This document shows, one piece after another, positions 63,501 to 64,000 of a stretch of DNA of 64,000 bases. Every line of letters starts with the position of its first letter. Position 1 is the first letter of the stretch. Under the pieces are notes generated by a model. The model had not been told where the DNA came from, searched no databases, and saw only the letters and a program-made list of their open reading frames with translations. Where the stretch lies: NCBI GenBank assembly GCA_045652705.1, contig JAZRUV010000008.1:24620-88619 (forward strand). Direction: 5' to 3'. Source of the stretch: Clostridia bacterium. Lineage in GTDB: Bacteria > Bacillota > Clostridia > TANB77 > CAG-465. Position numbers and translations under genes: made by a program.

Positions 63501-64000
63501 TATGGATAGTATAAGTGGTGTACAAAGTATTAATTTGTCTCATGACCAAATAACAGAAAATACAATTGGCACAAAAGTTACATTAACAACCAAAGATTTT
63601 GCGGGACATGAAGTAACAAAACAAGTTATTATAAAACTAGATAAATCTGTGCCGACAGCTCCAGTAATAAAATTCAATGTTGAGCCTAGTGGGGATGGAT
63701 TATTTGGGACACTGCTATATAATCAAGATGTGAGTGTAACAGTTATTCCAGGAAGAGATTATTTTATTGAAGGAATAGATAATTTATACAAAACAACTTT
63801 TGAGATTACAGCTGACAGTGGCAATGAAGTTATATTAGCTGAAACAGAGCAAACAAGCTTTGCTATAACACAAGAGGGAATAATTACAATTACTGCGAGG
63901 ACCTATGACAAAGCTGGAAATGTAACTAAAGCATCAAACGTAATTTGGATAAATAAATCTAAGCCGCAGACCCCTAAAATAATTACCATTAATGGAATAA
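60541..64000 (+). CDS. Giant pilin-anchored adhesin-like protein (>1153 aa, 3' end outside the window; not in ORF track)
   Basis: My hand translation from the ATG at 60541 found no in-frame stop through 64000. N-terminus MKDNISIIFTAIIGTFLIVLLPLYSILDRQDSMSY. From about aa 553 there are tandem ~80-104-aa modules with DK(T/S/D)xP linkers. Confidence 0.7.
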   Translation, partial: MKDNISIIFTAIIGTFLIVLLPLYSILDRQDSMSYNVVLTETTKFVDNIRNNGFVDKEAYYNYISALASTSNTYKVTLEAYRRKLIRQTDEYGNIIPDQYVEQIELYNTKDILEILEEENKQNIDNANIKNNVYLFNENDEIYVKVYNTNITAGSLIYNVIAGESNTKIINVSYGGIVNRVNWELYDRLQSETNQVPEVVMSVPVNGVNNTNIKKLTKNAILEDIDCSIENLDEYIGEVNIQELCGDEIYSLSGEDYTYLYDLAIEENRTIRVALELRRFDSINTGRNNDGEDIYTKIEQLDKSDFENSNSIRSSVESYIINNFIRLNGMYADIDLKLRQVGDYYVFDIILTNVRMSELDYISSFASITILPGLGQDKDNTLSLGNETVEIELTDATAVNAVTISMPHIWDKMIKTKNPTDARILDGTVYANEDIAFIISYTGINNQTDEDIIEAIRENLKIYINEAQYSNLELLTAKELNDNYGINIMTDSAGHVIVKFRYTEANNSRYNYIELLDGWIATNIEDVVDAEQNEELLLYANGSRSSEYAVLLDDLPPLEPSIELEGVVGDNGWFTSNVTLNLISSTSDTVRKSIVVEDDDGNKTVIQNEQLGGSGVYKNTVSVEGAITITEQETTKLNLETDGVSYAIGSAYDYVGNKVQTSKKQIKIDKTKPTTPKIVLYGDEGENGWYKSNVKIEITPGTDYISGVDRTTYTIEGANKLGETEGTAYTLTKEGTSTVIATTYDKAGNKTETKVDVYIDKTIPPDATITVIEGKKNSPDNEWYCSNVKLKINVDATDSISGLGTSSYRITGSSEVPTTKFTGAEKEIIIDTNGTHNVTVYTYTQAGNFKETKYTVKIDKDAPNAPSVSISGTNGENGWHTSNVVVNVQSNGDVGTSQEKIITYEITKDGITGNEIQIAGDGKINLNEEGEYLLKIYSRDTALNKVVVERAVKIDKTNPIPADFAITGNTGIDDWYISDVNISYTGGMDSISGVQSINLSHDQITENTIGTKVTLTTKDFAGHEVTKQVIIKLDKSVPTAPVIKFNVEPSGDGLFGTLLYNQDVSVTVIPGRDYFIEGIDNLYKTTFEITADSGNEVILAETEQTSFAITQEGIITITARTYDKAGNVTKASNVIWINKSKPQTPKIITINGI
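62197..64000 (+). repeat. At least 6 tandem Ig-like/beta-sandwich protein modules in the giant ORF
   Basis: Module starts fall at nt 62197, 62545, 62818, 63115, 63403, 63640 and 63952. Shared signature: DKxxP...G..G.NGW(Y/F/H).SNV.......D..SG.....Y.I.G.....(Y)D.AGN. The copies are divergent at the DNA level. Confidence 0.75.

Overview
Chromosomal window from a low-GC, spore-forming Firmicute (Clostridia-like; yabG, spoIIM and a dacB/dacF-like gene are present). The backbone is ordinary: divIVA-valS, yabG, rpsT, a complete S10-spc-alpha ribosomal super-operon (rpsJ to rplQ, 21.1-40.0 kb, no rpmD), tmcAL, an RNase HI-GNAT fusion, spoIIM, xerD, truA, tRNA-Leu(UAA) and a D-Ala-D-Ala carboxypeptidase. 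Visibly GC-richer accessory cassettes are interleaved with it, some inside the ribosomal operon, and most carry their own consensus sigma-A promoter and terminator. Two regions stand out. (1) 5.6-16.2 kb is a minus-strand island encoding TelA, a PP2C-like phosphatase, a Pro-rich degenerate vWA protein, a 494-aa helical protein, a MIDAS-intact vWA protein, a 1542-aa protein with an atypical Ser/Thr-kinase core, and a zinc-ribbon protein. This is an expanded, uncharacterised variant of the TerY-P (vWA + PP2C + kinase) triad. A tmk/ThyX-like pair and a split HipA-like kinase with a HipS-like small protein follow it. (2) 49.8 kb to the window end is a Tad/type-IV-filament-like locus: CpaB-like protein, two P-loop-degenerate ParA-like proteins, a membrane-anchored CpaF/TadA-like ATPase and a large polytopic platform protein. 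Six proteins with a shared non-canonical pilin-like N-terminal helix follow, including a LamG-tailed 607-aa protein and an adhesin of over 1150 aa with tandem Ig-like modules. No Flp pilin or prepilin peptidase is visible. A pilin-like 420-aa protein with the same N-terminal style sits between map and infA, downstream of an (AG)13 microsatellite. No CRISPR array, IS element, rRNA or prophage structural genes were seen.
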